NCBI GenBank assembly: GCA_020049855.1
Contig: JAGVLJ010000027.1
Location: 7,884-71,883 of the forward strand
Length of the DNA stretch: 64,000 bases
Direction of reading: 5' to 3'
Source: Bacteroidia bacterium
GTDB lineage: Bacteria > Bacteroidota > Bacteroidia > UKL13-3
Shown: one piece after another, positions 22,573 through 34,200 of the stretch
Layout of the letters: the number at the start of each line of letters is the position of its first letter
Position numbering within the stretch: the stretch's first letter is position 1
Notes under the pieces: model-generated
The model's input: only the letters and a program-made list of their open reading frames with translations
Databases searched by the model: none
Told to the model about the DNA's origin: nothing
Position numbers and translations under genes: made by a program

Positions 22573-23514
22573 ATGAAGCTGACTTTAAAATGGATAAGTA
22601 TCCTACTTGGAATTGTACTTACCTTAATGGCAGGTGGTGCTGCATTTATTTTCGTTAGAGGTATTCCCAACTATGAAGTCAATAACATTGAAATGAAAGT
22701 AGATGTAACACCGGAGCGGGTAACCAACGGACAACGCATTGCTTCAATGTTATGTATTCAGTGTCACGCGGCCGATGACGGGGTGCTTACAGGAAAACTG
22801 TTAAAAGATGTACCTAAAGAATTCGGAGCTATCTATTCAAAAAACATCACTTCGCACAGGGATAAAGGAATTGGGAACTGGACTGACGGGCAAATTTATT
22901 ATTTACTGCGCACCGGTTTAAGACCCAACGGGCAGTATCTGCCACCTTATATGCCAAAATTTCCATTGGTGGCCGATGAAGATTTAAAAGATATCATTGC
23001 GTGGCTTCGGTCGGATTCTCCTGCTTTAGCGGCCTCTGAACAGGAAGCACCGGAAAGTGAACCTTCTTTTTTAACTAAGTTTTTATGCACTGTTGCATTT
23101 AAACCTTTGCCTTTTCCTGAAAAACCTATTTTGCGACCCGATACAAATGATGCTGTGGTTTTAGGGAAGTACATTGTTGACGGACAAATTGCTTGCTTTG
23201 CCTGCCACTCTAAAGATTTTAAAACCATGAATGTTCTGGAGCCAACCAAATCTGAAGGCTATTGCGGTGGGGGGAATCCATTATTGAATATGGCAGGTGC
23301 TGTGGTGCCATCGGCCAATATCACTTTTGACGAAACAGGGATTGGCGGATATACCGAACAGCAATTTATTGATGCAGTTAAACATGGTAAAAAACGTGAC
23401 GGAACAATGCTGCGTTATCCTATGATCCCACACAGCGGATTAAGCGATACTGAGGTAAAAGGTATTTATGCCTACCTTCAAACCATTCCTAAAATTAAAA
23501 ATAAAGTTCAGTAA
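22573..23514 (+). CDS. membrane-anchored dihaem c-type cytochrome
   Basis: 313 aa with an N-terminal TM helix and two CxxCH motifs (CIQCH, CFACH). Confidence 0.8.
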   Translation: MKLTLKWISILLGIVLTLMAGGAAFIFVRGIPNYEVNNIEMKVDVTPERVTNGQRIASMLCIQCHAADDGVLTGKLLKDVPKEFGAIYSKNITSHRDKGIGNWTDGQIYYLLRTGLRPNGQYLPPYMPKFPLVADEDLKDIIAWLRSDSPALAASEQEAPESEPSFLTKFLCTVAFKPLPFPEKPILRPDTNDAVVLGKYIVDGQIACFACHSKDFKTMNVLEPTKSEGYCGGGNPLLNMAGAVVPSANITFDETGIGGYTEQQFIDAVKHGKKRDGTMLRYPMIPHSGLSDTEVKGIYAYLQTIPKIKNKVQ

Positions 23515-23528
23515 AAATATTTTTTTGT

Positions 23529-25067
23529 TCATTTGTCTCCGATACATATAATCGTGTTGGTGCGGCAGGTGTAAAATGATAAACCGTCAGTTAAATCATA
23601 TTCGGCATATTGATTTTTTAGATTTGCATTCAGGTTGGTTAAAGGCTTGGCTGAAATAAAAAACACATTTCCCACGCTTGCATACGTGCATGGGGTTGCC
23701 AACTCATCAAACAGCACTTTTTGCGATGGCGGCAGGTAGGGAAGAAACCGTAAAAAGCCTCTTCGGTCTTTAGAGGTTAACACAATCAAATTGGCTTTTT
23801 GTGCATCTTGAACCAATGGGATGAGTTTTTGTTGCCTTGCGTTAAATAAGTACAATTGCAGTGCCCAGCCAAAAATCACCATTCCGGTAAGCAGGTACAT
23901 AAGTTGCTTTGATTTCTCTATCACGGGAATAAGCACCAGCAGAAAAAACGGATATACCAGCATGAGGTACTGCGATGCCATGGAGTGGAACGTAGTTTTA
24001 AACAACAGGTAAGGGCCACATATAATTCCCAAACTGAAGATAAACATCCAGTGCTCAAAGGCCATTTGCTTCCTTAGTAATTGAATCCTTTGGATTAATA
24101 GTTCCCATTTTACTTTTTTCAGAAACCAAGCCCCCGCAATGCCACCGCCTACCAGCAAAAGCGCAGGCATCCATCGCGGCAGTTGCAGCAGCCACATTTT
24201 AAAGCTGAATACCGGAAACCATACTTGTACAAAACACACCACAATTTTACCAATTCGTGCCGGTAACTCGGTTATATGAAATCCGTTTACCCGCGTGCTT
24301 TGTTCATTAAACTGATCCCAAATGCCCGGCTGAATGCGGGTGACACAAAAAAAGGCAACTGCACATACTGCCGTAATCACTAAGGATTGTTTGGCGTTTT
24401 TATGAATAAGTGCCGTATACACCACATAGATGAGGGAGTGAAAAATGAAAAGGTATTGGGTAAGCATACCGGCCAACACAGTGGCAAAAAATAAAATAAG
24501 GTAACCTGTTTTTTGTTCCCTTAGGTAATATAAAAAAAACAGACTCGAATAAATACCTGTGCAGCTAAGCAATTCATACTGGCGGGTGTAAAATCCCACG
24601 CCTATAATAGCCGGACTAAATACCCAATAGATAAGGATACCTGCAAAAGTGCCTTTGCTCAGGTTTAACGCTTTTGTAAGATGATATAACCCCAAAGCGG
24701 CCAGCAGGTGTAAACAGGCATTTAGCAATAAACCTGCGGCAAGCGGGGAGGAGAAAAAAAGCAAACAAAAATGTAACAGCCAAAAATACAAAGGGGGGTG
24801 AATATCCAGATTCCCTAAATCGGGGGAGATGTGTTTTAATGCATACTCCTGTGGCTGAAGCAACTTTTGCCAATCAGAAACCAGCACCACCCGTCTGTGT
24901 TGTTGCCAGTCGGTAATCACCTCTTCATACGTTTGTTGGTTACCGACCGCACTCAGCACACTCACTATCTCATCGCCAGAGGGTAACTGGCGCGTGTAGT
25001 CTACCCAACAGTAGCTTAGCACCACACCGATAAGGCAACACATAAGCAAAGAGAGCGAAAGTTTCAT
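23529..25067 (-). CDS. polytopic membrane protein, GT-C (family 39/83-like) glycosyltransferase candidate
   Basis: 512 aa with more than 10 predicted TM helices. An early periplasmic-loop motif DIHPPLYFWLL resembles ArnT/PMT-type GT-C enzymes. Confidence 0.5.
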   Translation of the reverse strand: MKLSLSLLMCCLIGVVLSYCWVDYTRQLPSGDEIVSVLSAVGNQQTYEEVITDWQQHRRVVLVSDWQKLLQPQEYALKHISPDLGNLDIHPPLYFWLLHFCLLFFSSPLAAGLLLNACLHLLAALGLYHLTKALNLSKGTFAGILIYWVFSPAIIGVGFYTRQYELLSCTGIYSSLFFLYYLREQKTGYLILFFATVLAGMLTQYLFIFHSLIYVVYTALIHKNAKQSLVITAVCAVAFFCVTRIQPGIWDQFNEQSTRVNGFHITELPARIGKIVVCFVQVWFPVFSFKMWLLQLPRWMPALLLVGGGIAGAWFLKKVKWELLIQRIQLLRKQMAFEHWMFIFSLGIICGPYLLFKTTFHSMASQYLMLVYPFFLLVLIPVIEKSKQLMYLLTGMVIFGWALQLYLFNARQQKLIPLVQDAQKANLIVLTSKDRRGFLRFLPYLPPSQKVLFDELATPCTYASVGNVFFISAKPLTNLNANLKNQYAEYDLTDGLSFYTCRTNTIICIGDK

Positions 25068-25508
25068 TTAGCAAACATTGAAGCGGGGAAGCAAGATAAC
25101 GGAATAAAACCGACAAAGTAAAAGGGCAAAAAGAGTAAAAATTCATATCCCTCGCTCTCGCAGGATTGTAGCCTGTGCGATCAAATAAATCAAGATTGCA
25201 TCTGCCTATTCCATCTTAGTAGTAAAATTACTGCCTTCGCTCGCGTGCTGCGAGTGCAAGCCAACCACACGGACATGTTGCCAGTTCCAAAATTAGAGCT
25301 TATTGTTTGAATACAGAAAAACCATGTTGTAGCAAGTTCTTCCGACCCCGACCCATTCGGGATAAACTAATGCCAAGAAATAGAGATAACCCGGTACACC
25401 CAATACGAATCCCAAACTTTTCTGTCCTGACTTAAAACTATTTTACCGGAAGATTGTACTTATTTAGATTAATTCAAAATAAGTCTTTTCAATTCCGTTT
25501 GATTGACT

Positions 25509-25516
25509 TATTTTTG
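25509..25516 (+). promoter_or_regulatory. -7 box TATTTTTG upstream of sufB
   Basis: Matches TAnnTTTG, 42 nt upstream of the sufB ATG. A 7-bp inverted repeat GATTAAT-N8-ATTAATC (25520-25541) lies between the box and the start codon. Confidence 0.35.
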
Positions 25517-25557
25517 CCTGATTAATGGTGTTTAATTAATCCAAATATAGCAAACAA

Positions 25558-27003
25558 ATGGCTGATAATCTGGGAATATTAGATGAGGTAACCAACAGCG
25601 AGTACAAGTACGGCTTTGTTACTAATATTGAAATGGATACGGCTCCCAAAGGCCTAAATGAAGACATAGTACGCTTTATTTCGGCCAAAAAGAAAGAGCC
25701 GGAGTTTATGCTCGAATGGCGTCTGAAAGCTTTTCGCTATTGGTTAAAAATGGAGGAGCCCAACTGGCAAAACGTTTCTTATCCTAAAATCAATTATCAG
25801 GACATCATTTTTTATGCGGCTCCTAAAGAAAGGAAGAAGTACAATAGTCTGGATGAAATTGACCCTGAACTGCGCAAAACATTTGAAAAATTAGGCATCT
25901 CGCTCGATGAGCAAAAACGTTTGTCGGGAGTAGCCGTAGATGCCGTGTTTGATTCGGTTTCCATTGCCACCACTTTTAAGGAAAAGTTGCACGAAGCAGG
26001 AGTGATTTTTTGCTCAATGAGCGAGGCTATTGAAACTCATCCGGAGTTGGTAAAAAAATACCTTGGTTCGGTAGTACCTTATACCGATAATTATTTTGCC
26101 GCTTTAAATGCAGCAGTATTTAGTGATGGCTCGTTTGTGTATATCCCTAAAGGGGTACGTTGTCCAATGGAATTGAGTACATATTTCCGTATCAATGCCG
26201 AGAACACGGGGCAGTTTGAGCGCACCTTAATTGTGGCCGATGACAGCAGCTACGTAAGTTACCTGGAGGGCTGCACCGCCCCCATGCGCGATGAAAACCA
26301 ATTGCACGCGGCCGTGGTAGAGTTAATTACTATGGATCATGCCGAGATTAAGTACTCAACGGTGCAAAACTGGTATCCGGGAGATAAAAACGGCAAAGGG
26401 GGAATTTATAATTTCGTTACCAAACGCGGAGCCTGTTTGGGCAATCATTCCAAAATAAGCTGGACACAGGTAGAAACCGGCTCGGCTGTTACCTGGAAAT
26501 ATCCGAGTTGTATTTTAAAAGGTGACTATTCTATTGGAGAGTTTTATTCGGTGGCGGTTACCAATAATTATCAACAAGCCGATACCGGAAGTAAAATGAT
26601 TCATTTAGGCAAAAATACCCGAAGTAAAATTGTTTCCAAGGGCGTTTCGGCAGGGTTTAGTCACAACTCTTACCGGGGATTAGTGAAAGTGAATAAGAAG
26701 GCCGTCAATGCACGTAACTTTACCCAATGCGATTCGTTGTTGCTGGGCGATAAATGCGGGGCACATACTTTCCCTTATATTGAAGTGGCCAATCAGTCGG
26801 CACAGGTAGAGCACGAAGCCACAACCTCCAAAATTGGTGAAGACCAAATTTTTTATTGCAATCAGCGGGGTATTGCAACCGAGGATGCAGTAGGGCTTAT
26901 TGTAAATGGATATTGCCGTGAGGTGTTAAACCAATTACCAATGGAATTTGCTGTGGAAGCACAAAAACTTTTGGCGGTAAGTTTAGAGGGATCGGTTGGG
27001 TAA
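25558..27003 (+). CDS. sufB: Fe-S cluster assembly scaffold SufB
   Basis: 481 aa with strong SufB-like sequence throughout ([41 protein letters not shown]). Confidence 0.95.
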   Translation: MADNLGILDEVTNSEYKYGFVTNIEMDTAPKGLNEDIVRFISAKKKEPEFMLEWRLKAFRYWLKMEEPNWQNVSYPKINYQDIIFYAAPKERKKYNSLDEIDPELRKTFEKLGISLDEQKRLSGVAVDAVFDSVSIATTFKEKLHEAGVIFCSMSEAIETHPELVKKYLGSVVPYTDNYFAALNAAVFSDGSFVYIPKGVRCPMELSTYFRINAENTGQFERTLIVADDSSYVSYLEGCTAPMRDENQLHAAVVELITMDHAEIKYSTVQNWYPGDKNGKGGIYNFVTKRGACLGNHSKISWTQVETGSAVTWKYPSCILKGDYSIGEFYSVAVTNNYQQADTGSKMIHLGKNTRSKIVSKGVSAGFSHNSYRGLVKVNKKAVNARNFTQCDSLLLGDKCGAHTFPYIEVANQSAQVEHEATTSKIGEDQIFYCNQRGIATEDAVGLIVNGYCREVLNQLPMEFAVEAQKLLAVSLEGSVG

Positions 27004-27032
27004 AAAATTAGTTAAACGGAATTATACGTGAT

Positions 27033-27797
27033 ATGTTATCAATAAAAAATTTAAAGGCCGGAATTGAAGAAAAGGAGATTCTGAAAGGAATTAACTTAGA
27101 GATAAAAGCAGGAGAGGTGCATGCTATTATGGGGCCGAACGGTTCGGGTAAAAGCACCCTTTCATCCGTATTGGCCGGACGAGCTGAGTATGAAGTATCC
27201 GGTGGCGAGGTAATATTAAACGGGAAAAACCTGTTGGAGATGGCTCCTGAAGAGCGGGCTCGCGAGGGTGTTTTTATGGCATTTCAATATCCGGTTGAGA
27301 TTCCGGGAGTGAGTACTACCAATTTTATTAAAACGGCCGTAAATGAAGTACGTAAATATCGCGGGCAGGAAGCACTGGGAGCAGTTGAATTTTTAAACCT
27401 GATGAAGGCAAAAATGAAACAGGTAGAAATTGACCAAACCTTATTGAGCCGTTCCTTAAACGAAGGTTTTTCAGGAGGAGAAAAAAAGCGCAATGAGATT
27501 TTTCAGATGGCCATGCTTGAACCCAAGCTGGCAATCTTAGACGAAACGGATTCAGGTTTGGATATCGATGCATTGCGTTTGGTTGCAAATGGGGTAAATG
27601 CTTTGCGCAATAAGGATAATGCTACTATTGTGATTACCCATTACCAGCGTTTGCTTGATTATATAGTTCCCGATTTTGTGCACGTGCTCTATCAGGGGCG
27701 TATTGTAAAATCGGGCGGTAAAGAACTGGCTATGGAACTTGAAGCCAAAGGATACGACTGGATTAAAGAAGAAGTGAAGGAGGCTGAAACAGCATAA
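27033..27797 (+). CDS. sufC: Fe-S cluster assembly ATPase SufC
   Basis: Walker A GPNGSGKST, ABC signature FSGGEKKR and Walker B LAILDETDSGLD. Confidence 0.95.
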   Translation: MLSIKNLKAGIEEKEILKGINLEIKAGEVHAIMGPNGSGKSTLSSVLAGRAEYEVSGGEVILNGKNLLEMAPEERAREGVFMAFQYPVEIPGVSTTNFIKTAVNEVRKYRGQEALGAVEFLNLMKAKMKQVEIDQTLLSRSLNEGFSGGEKKRNEIFQMAMLEPKLAILDETDSGLDIDALRLVANGVNALRNKDNATIVITHYQRLLDYIVPDFVHVLYQGRIVKSGGKELAMELEAKGYDWIKEEVKEAETA

Positions 27798-27799
27798 CC

Positions 27800-29122
27800 A
27801 TGAGTACTGTTGCTGCCAATGATATGAACGATTTTTTAGCTGCTGAGATGAAACATTTTCAATCGCAGTTAAATGGGGAGGTAAGTGCTCCGATAAATTG
27901 TATTCGTAAGGAGGCGTTCGACCGTTTCAACGAGTTGGGGTTTCCTACTATGCGCCATGAAGAGTGGAAATATACCAACCTTGGACAGATTTTAAATCAA
28001 CAATATGAATTGGCCAGGGCTTCGTTTCTTCCAGAAGATTTTTTTAATCAACGTCCGTTTGCCGATATACCCGCCAATATTGTGGTGTTTGTAAATGGAT
28101 TTTACAGCACCGAATATTCAACAATTATTGATGATGTTTCATCGATAGGAATTCACTCCATTGCTAAGTTGCGAATGGAAAAAAGCGAACTGCTCACTGC
28201 CCATTTTTCACAATACGCTCCTTATACCAACGATGCCTTAACCGCATTAAATACTGCCTTTTTGCTGGATGGGTTACTGATTCATGTTCCCAAAAACGCG
28301 CAGGTAAAACATCCGGTAATTGTATACCATATTACCGAAGCCGAAACAGCTGCGCCATTTATTCAACCCCGCACCATTTTACTGCTCGAAGAGCATGCAT
28401 CGGTGCAGGTGCTGGAAGTAGCTTTAAGTTTTGGACAGTATCAAAGTTTTACCAATTGCGTTACCGAAGTGCATGTGGGGGCAAATGCAAAATTAAATTA
28501 CTACAAATTGCAACACGAAGCAGCACATGCCTCGCGCGTTGATTTTACACGTATAGTACAGGAACGCGACTCAACGGTTAATACCCTTACCGTAACTACG
28601 CAAGGGGCATTAGTCAGAAATACGTTGCAATTTTACCTTAACGATCAAAATACCACCACGTATTTAAACGGCCTTTACCTTACCGGAAAAGATAGTTTGA
28701 TTGATAACCATACGCTGGTTGATCATGCCATGCCTCATTGTTACAGCAACGAGTTATACAAAGGAGTGGTGGGAAGCAACGGACAGGCTGTGTTTAACGG
28801 AAAAGTGATGGTGCGTAAAGACGCACAAAAAACCAATGCTTACCAGCGAAACGGCAACGTGCTTCTTTCTGACGAAGCCATAGTAAATACAAAACCACAA
28901 CTAGAAATTTTTGCGGATGATGTAAAATGTTCGCATGGGGCTACCACCGGGCAAATTGATGAAGAGGCGCTGTTTTACCTTCGCTCAAGAGGAATAGGCG
29001 TAGACGTTGCCAAAACATTATTGATGCAGGCCTTTGCAGCCGAAGTACTGGAAATGATTGATGACGAAGCCGTGAAAGCGGGGCTTATTCACCTTATTGA
29101 AAACAGAATCGCCACTTTGTAA
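27800..29122 (+). CDS. sufD: Fe-S cluster assembly protein SufD
   Basis: 440 aa with the SufB/D-family C-terminal region (LEIFADDVKCSHGATTGQIDEEALFYLRSRGI). Position in the operon fits. Confidence 0.9.
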   Translation: MSTVAANDMNDFLAAEMKHFQSQLNGEVSAPINCIRKEAFDRFNELGFPTMRHEEWKYTNLGQILNQQYELARASFLPEDFFNQRPFADIPANIVVFVNGFYSTEYSTIIDDVSSIGIHSIAKLRMEKSELLTAHFSQYAPYTNDALTALNTAFLLDGLLIHVPKNAQVKHPVIVYHITEAETAAPFIQPRTILLLEEHASVQVLEVALSFGQYQSFTNCVTEVHVGANAKLNYYKLQHEAAHASRVDFTRIVQERDSTVNTLTVTTQGALVRNTLQFYLNDQNTTTYLNGLYLTGKDSLIDNHTLVDHAMPHCYSNELYKGVVGSNGQAVFNGKVMVRKDAQKTNAYQRNGNVLLSDEAIVNTKPQLEIFADDVKCSHGATTGQIDEEALFYLRSRGIGVDVAKTLLMQAFAAEVLEMIDDEAVKAGLIHLIENRIATL

Positions 29123-29125
29123 ATC

Positions 29126-30373
29126 ATGACCAATCCTTCAGTCATAGGCCGGTTAGATATAGAAAAGATAAGAACTTTATTTCCGGTATTGCATCAGCAG
29201 GTAAATGGCAAACCGCTTATTTATTTAGATAATGCGGCCACCACCCAAAAACCAATATCCGTACTTAAAGCCCTAGGCCACTATTACCAATCCGATAATG
29301 CCAATATTCACAGGGCGGCACACACCCTTGCGGCACGGGCTACCGAATATTATGAAGCCTCCAGGCACACGGTAAAAGAATTCATCCATGCCAGTGAAGT
29401 GGAGGAATGTATTTTTACCAAAGGCACTACGGAAGGAATTAATCTGGTGGCTCAATCGTGGGGACGAAGCAAACTGAAAGTAGGGGACGAGGTACTCATT
29501 AGCGGCATGGAACACCACAGCAATATTGTGCCGTGGCAATTAATCAGTGAAGAAAAAGGAGCCACGCTCAGGGTAATTCCGATGAACGAAGCAGGGGAGT
29601 TGGTGATGGACGAATTTGAAAAATTGCTTTCACCTAAAACAAAAATGGTAGCGGTGGTGTATGCTTCTAATGCTTTGGGCACCATCAATCCCGTAAAAGA
29701 AATCATCGCAAAATCACATGCAGCAGGAGCAAAGGTATTGATAGATGGGGCACAGGCTACCTCTCATATTCCTATTGATGTGCAGGATTTGGGTTGCGAT
29801 TTTTTTGTATTCAGCGCGCATAAAGTATATGGTCCCACCGGAGTGGGTGTGTTGTACGGAAAGCGTGAGCTATTGCAGCAGATGCCACCTTACCAGGGCG
29901 GGGGAGAGATGATTAAAGAGGTAACCTTTGAGCAATCTACCTGGAATGAACTTCCCTATAAATTTGAAGCCGGCACACCCAATATTGCCGATGTGATTGC
30001 TTTTAAATATGCCCTGGAATTTGTGAACGAAACAGGTAAAGAAAAGATAGCCGCGCACGAAAAGGAGTTACTCCTAGCGTTTACCGATGGGTTAACGAAA
30101 TTCGGCCATACCATTCAGCTCATCGGGACGGCTGCCAATAAAGTTTCGGTACAATCATTTTTAATTAAAGGCCAGCATCCGTTTGATACGGGCATGTTGA
30201 TGGATGCAAAAGGGATTGCCGTGCGCACCGGGCATCATTGTACGCAACCCCTGATGAAACGTTTTGGGGTGGAAGGAACCGTTCGTGCTTCGTTTGCCGT
30301 GTACAATACCCTGGATGAAGTAAAAGTATTACTGGAAGCGGTGCATGGATTAACAAAGCAGGTAAATAAGTGA
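29126..30373 (+). CDS. sufS: cysteine desulfurase, SufS subfamily
   Basis: HHSNIVPWQ, PLP-lysine context SAHKVYGPTGVG and active-site RTGHHCTQP. Confidence 0.93.
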   Translation: MTNPSVIGRLDIEKIRTLFPVLHQQVNGKPLIYLDNAATTQKPISVLKALGHYYQSDNANIHRAAHTLAARATEYYEASRHTVKEFIHASEVEECIFTKGTTEGINLVAQSWGRSKLKVGDEVLISGMEHHSNIVPWQLISEEKGATLRVIPMNEAGELVMDEFEKLLSPKTKMVAVVYASNALGTINPVKEIIAKSHAAGAKVLIDGAQATSHIPIDVQDLGCDFFVFSAHKVYGPTGVGVLYGKRELLQQMPPYQGGGEMIKEVTFEQSTWNELPYKFEAGTPNIADVIAFKYALEFVNETGKEKIAAHEKELLLAFTDGLTKFGHTIQLIGTAANKVSVQSFLIKGQHPFDTGMLMDAKGIAVRTGHHCTQPLMKRFGVEGTVRASFAVYNTLDEVKVLLEAVHGLTKQVNK

Positions 30374-30798
30374 AATCAATAATCGAAGCACAAGACGAGA
30401 TCATAGCTGATTTTTCCCTTTTTGAGGGAGACATGGAAAGTACACTGTTTTACCTGATGGAACTGGGCCATAAACTACCGGCAATGGATGAATCGCACAA
30501 AACCGAAGAGTATCTGGTAAAAGGATGTCAGAGCAAGGTGTGGCTATATCCTCAGGTACAAAATGGGAAAGTGCATTTTGAAGCCGATAGCAATACGGAA
30601 ATTACCAAGGGACTCATCAGTTTATTAATTACTGTTTGGAACCAACGCACCCCCGATGATATATTGAATTCGGATTTATATTTTATTGAGAAAATAGGTA
30701 TGAGCCGTATGATAGGATCGCAACGAAGCAATGGTTTTGCGAGCATGATTAAACAAATGAAATATTACGCACTGGCATTTAAAGCTAAACAACTTTGA
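30370..30798 (+). CDS. sufE: SufE-like sulfur acceptor
   Basis: 142 aa with a GTG start overlapping the sufS stop. Conserved Cys context VKGCQSKVW. Confidence 0.85.
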   Translation: MKSIIEAQDEIIADFSLFEGDMESTLFYLMELGHKLPAMDESHKTEEYLVKGCQSKVWLYPQVQNGKVHFEADSNTEITKGLISLLITVWNQRTPDDILNSDLYFIEKIGMSRMIGSQRSNGFASMIKQMKYYALAFKAKQL

Positions 30799-30800
30799 GT

Positions 30801-31154
30801 ATGAGTGAAGAGTTAAAACAGCAACATCCGGATAAACTGGCTAAAACATGGATTCAGGTGCAGGAAGAGGCAATACAGGTAATTCAAACGGTTTATGATC
30901 CTGAAATTCCTGTAAATATTTATGAACTAGGGCTTATCTACGAGGTAAAAGTATCTAACGATCTACGAATAGAAGTTATCATGTCATTGACCTCTCCATT
31001 TTGCCCGGCCGCCCAAAGTATGCCTACCGAAATAAAAGAGAAACTGTCTGCCATTGAAGGGGTTCAGGAGGTGGAGGTGAATGTGGTATTTGACCCGCCC
31101 TGGACACAGGATATGATGAGTGAAGCTGCCAAACTTCAGCTCGGATTTATGTAA
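30801..31154 (+). CDS. DUF59/SufT-like Fe-S assembly protein
   Basis: About 117 aa from the first ATG. Motif DPEIPVNIYELGLIY...LTSPFCPA is typical of DUF59 (MIP18) proteins at the end of suf operons. Confidence 0.8.
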   Translation: MSEELKQQHPDKLAKTWIQVQEEAIQVIQTVYDPEIPVNIYELGLIYEVKVSNDLRIEVIMSLTSPFCPAAQSMPTEIKEKLSAIEGVQEVEVNVVFDPPWTQDMMSEAAKLQLGFM

Positions 31155-31257
31155 AAAACTCACAGGTAGTGTTTTGTAACCTATTTGCAGTATATTGCGA
31201 GTATAATGCAACGTTTGCATTGGTGAAACGGTCATAGATTTTGTAATAGTCAACTAC

Positions 31258-34200
31258 ATGCGCCTGCTTAAAATAGCTTCCTTACTCACAGTCTTTTTCT
31301 GCTCACCACTTGTATATGCTTCCCATATTTTGGGCGGAAGTATGAGTTATACCTACGTATCGGAAAATGCCTCAACCCAAACTTATAAAGTACGTTTGGT
31401 GCTGTACAGAGATAAATCATCAGCTACGCAATTTGATAATCCGATCACCATTGGCGTTCATAAAAATGATGCATCAAAGGCTTACGTATCCGATTATCAG
31501 GTAAACTGGATTTCTAAAAAGGATGTTACTCCTCCATCGGGCGGAAGTGGTTGTTCATTCACACCCAATATTGGAATTGAGCAGGCTATATATGAAGTAA
31601 ACATTACTGTTCCTAAACCATCGACAACCGGTTATATCGTAACCTGGGTAAGATGTTGCCGTACCAGCGGTCAGGTAAATATTGCCGATTTAATGGGGGC
31701 TACCTACTCCACCTTTATTCCAAATAGCACATATAGGAATAATTCTCCATCGTTCGTGGGAATTCCTGCACCTTATATTTGTGCAAATGATTTGGCTCAG
31801 GTAGCCAATGCGGCAACTGATACTGACGGAGATAGTTTGGTGTACTCCATAGTGCGTCCTTACACCGGTGCTAGTTCAGGAAGCCCTGATCCATACAACA
31901 GCATTGGAGTACCTCCCACTTTAAGTTATCCTTTTAATGGAGTCACTTATAATACGGGTTTTAATGCAGCACAACCTTTTGGTGTTACAGGCGTAGCAAA
32001 TATTAATGCAGCAACTGGCCTTTGTGATTTTAAAGCACCATCGGCAGGAAATTATTCGGTAGCCATTGAAGTGAAAGAGTATAGAAACGGAGTTTATTTG
32101 GGAGCTGTAAGACGAGATGTGATTTTACTTGTTCTTAATTGCCCGCCAAATCCACCGGCTAATCTTTCAGGAGCCAACGGAAGCGGTAATACTAACCCAA
32201 CCGTAATTGCTGGAGAAACTACCTGCTTTCCCATTACATTTACCGATAATCAGGATAGTGTTTATATTACCAGTTTCGGGGATATACTTGACGGAACAGG
32301 AGGTTATACCGGACCGAAAGCAATTTTACGGGATACAGCAGGATTTTTAACAGCAACTTCTCAGTTTTGCTGGACACCTGCCTGTAGTTCCGTACGTGCA
32401 GCTCCATATATTATCACCGTTCAGGCACGGGATAATGGCTGTCCGCCAAAAGTTTCAACCATCAATTATAGTGTTAAGGTGGATCCCTTTGTAGGTGCTA
32501 ATTCTATAACGGGAAATAAATTTATTTGTGCCCCCATTAACAATGAACCTTATGCCATTACCCCAAGAGTAGGCTCAACTTATTTTTGGATCGTTACCGG
32601 AGGAACTATTGCATCGGGGCAAAATACCTCTGCCATACGAGTCAACTGGCCTTCCACATCAACTATCGGCACTGTAACAGTTGTAGAAACAAATGCAAAA
32701 GGTTGTGTTGGAATTAATAATACCATCACCGTTACCGTAGAGGCAAAACCACTTGCCAAAACCATGAGTGGCGATATTATTCCCTGCACCGGTGATGTGG
32801 GAAGCACTTATTCCATTCCTTCTGGCCCCAACGGAACTATTTATTTTTGGGGTATTACCGGAGGGGTCATTACAGCCGGTAATAATACGGCACAAGTGAA
32901 TGTAAATTGGGGCAGTTCGGGAACAGGTCAACTTTATGTGGTAGAAAAAAGTGCTGCAGGATGTATTGGCGATACCACCTATTTAAGCATTACCATACGA
33001 CCAAAGCCGATTACCAATGCAGGCTTAGATTTAAAATCATGCGATCCAGGTGCTCCGGTACAGTTGAATGCTTCGGGTGCTGTTATTTATACATGGAATG
33101 CCGACCCTACCTTATCGTCTGCTACCCTGCCAAATCCTTTTGCAAGTCCTGTTGTTACTACCAAGTATATTGTAGCAGGCTCTTTGGTAATCGGAGGATG
33201 TATTACCTACGATACAGTGGTAGTAAATGTGTATTCAAGGCCTTTGCCCGTGAGCATAACAGGCGATCAGCAGCCATGCGAAAAAACAAATGGAGTAAAT
33301 TATAAAGTTACTCCTGTTGTGGGCTCTACTTATAAATGGTTTGTTGAAGGCGGAGTTATTTCCGGAACTACTATCGGCTCCACCGTAATTGTGAATTGGG
33401 GAGGCAAGGGTAACGGGCGGGTGATGTTGATTGAAACAAACTCGGCAGGTTGTGCAGGGGATACTGTTTTTTATCCGATAACTATCCGCGAGGTACCAGT
33501 GGTGGATGCCGGTATTGATACCGTAATTTGCGAGGGGCAATCGGTGCAAATGGAAGCCTCAGGCGCGGTTATTTTCAGGTGGAACACCTCATTGGCATTA
33601 AGTGACTCAAATATTGCAAATCCTATAAGCAGTCCGTTAAAAAGTATTCGGTATTATGTAACCGGACTACTTGTATCGGGAGGATGTCCGGCTTCTGATT
33701 CAGTTGACATAACAGTGTTGAACAGACCCTTGCTGAATATAGGCGAAGGAGACACGATTTGCGAAGGAACAACGGTTGAATTAAAGGTATTGGTAGGAAC
33801 CAACTTTAGATGGAATACCGGAGATACTGCCAAAAGTATTTTTGTTACTCCGGCCATCACGTCCAATTATTGGGTACTGGTACAAAATCAAAAATGTATT
33901 TTCGATACGTTGAAGGCTTTCGTGGTGGTTTATCCAAAACCTCGCGCACTTTTTACCCCATCTGATACAAGCAAAATTGAACCGCTCACCGTTATTTTTA
34001 CAAACATGTCAACGGGAGCGACAAAATACAATTGGACATTTGGAGATGGGATAGGTAAGTCAACGGATTTTAGCCCTACTTACACCTACGAGTTTCCCGG
34101 TAAGTATATTGTGAAGCTTATCGTTGAGAATACACTGGGATGTAAAGATTCGCTTATTTTCGATAATATTCACGTAATTGAGCAATTATACTACATCCGT

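Noticed and set aside
23529-25067. Apparently higher GC content of the GT-C-like membrane gene, as a sign of horizontal transfer.
   Set aside because: This is an impression only. I cannot compute composition reliably by eye, and no mobility genes or insertion scars flank it.
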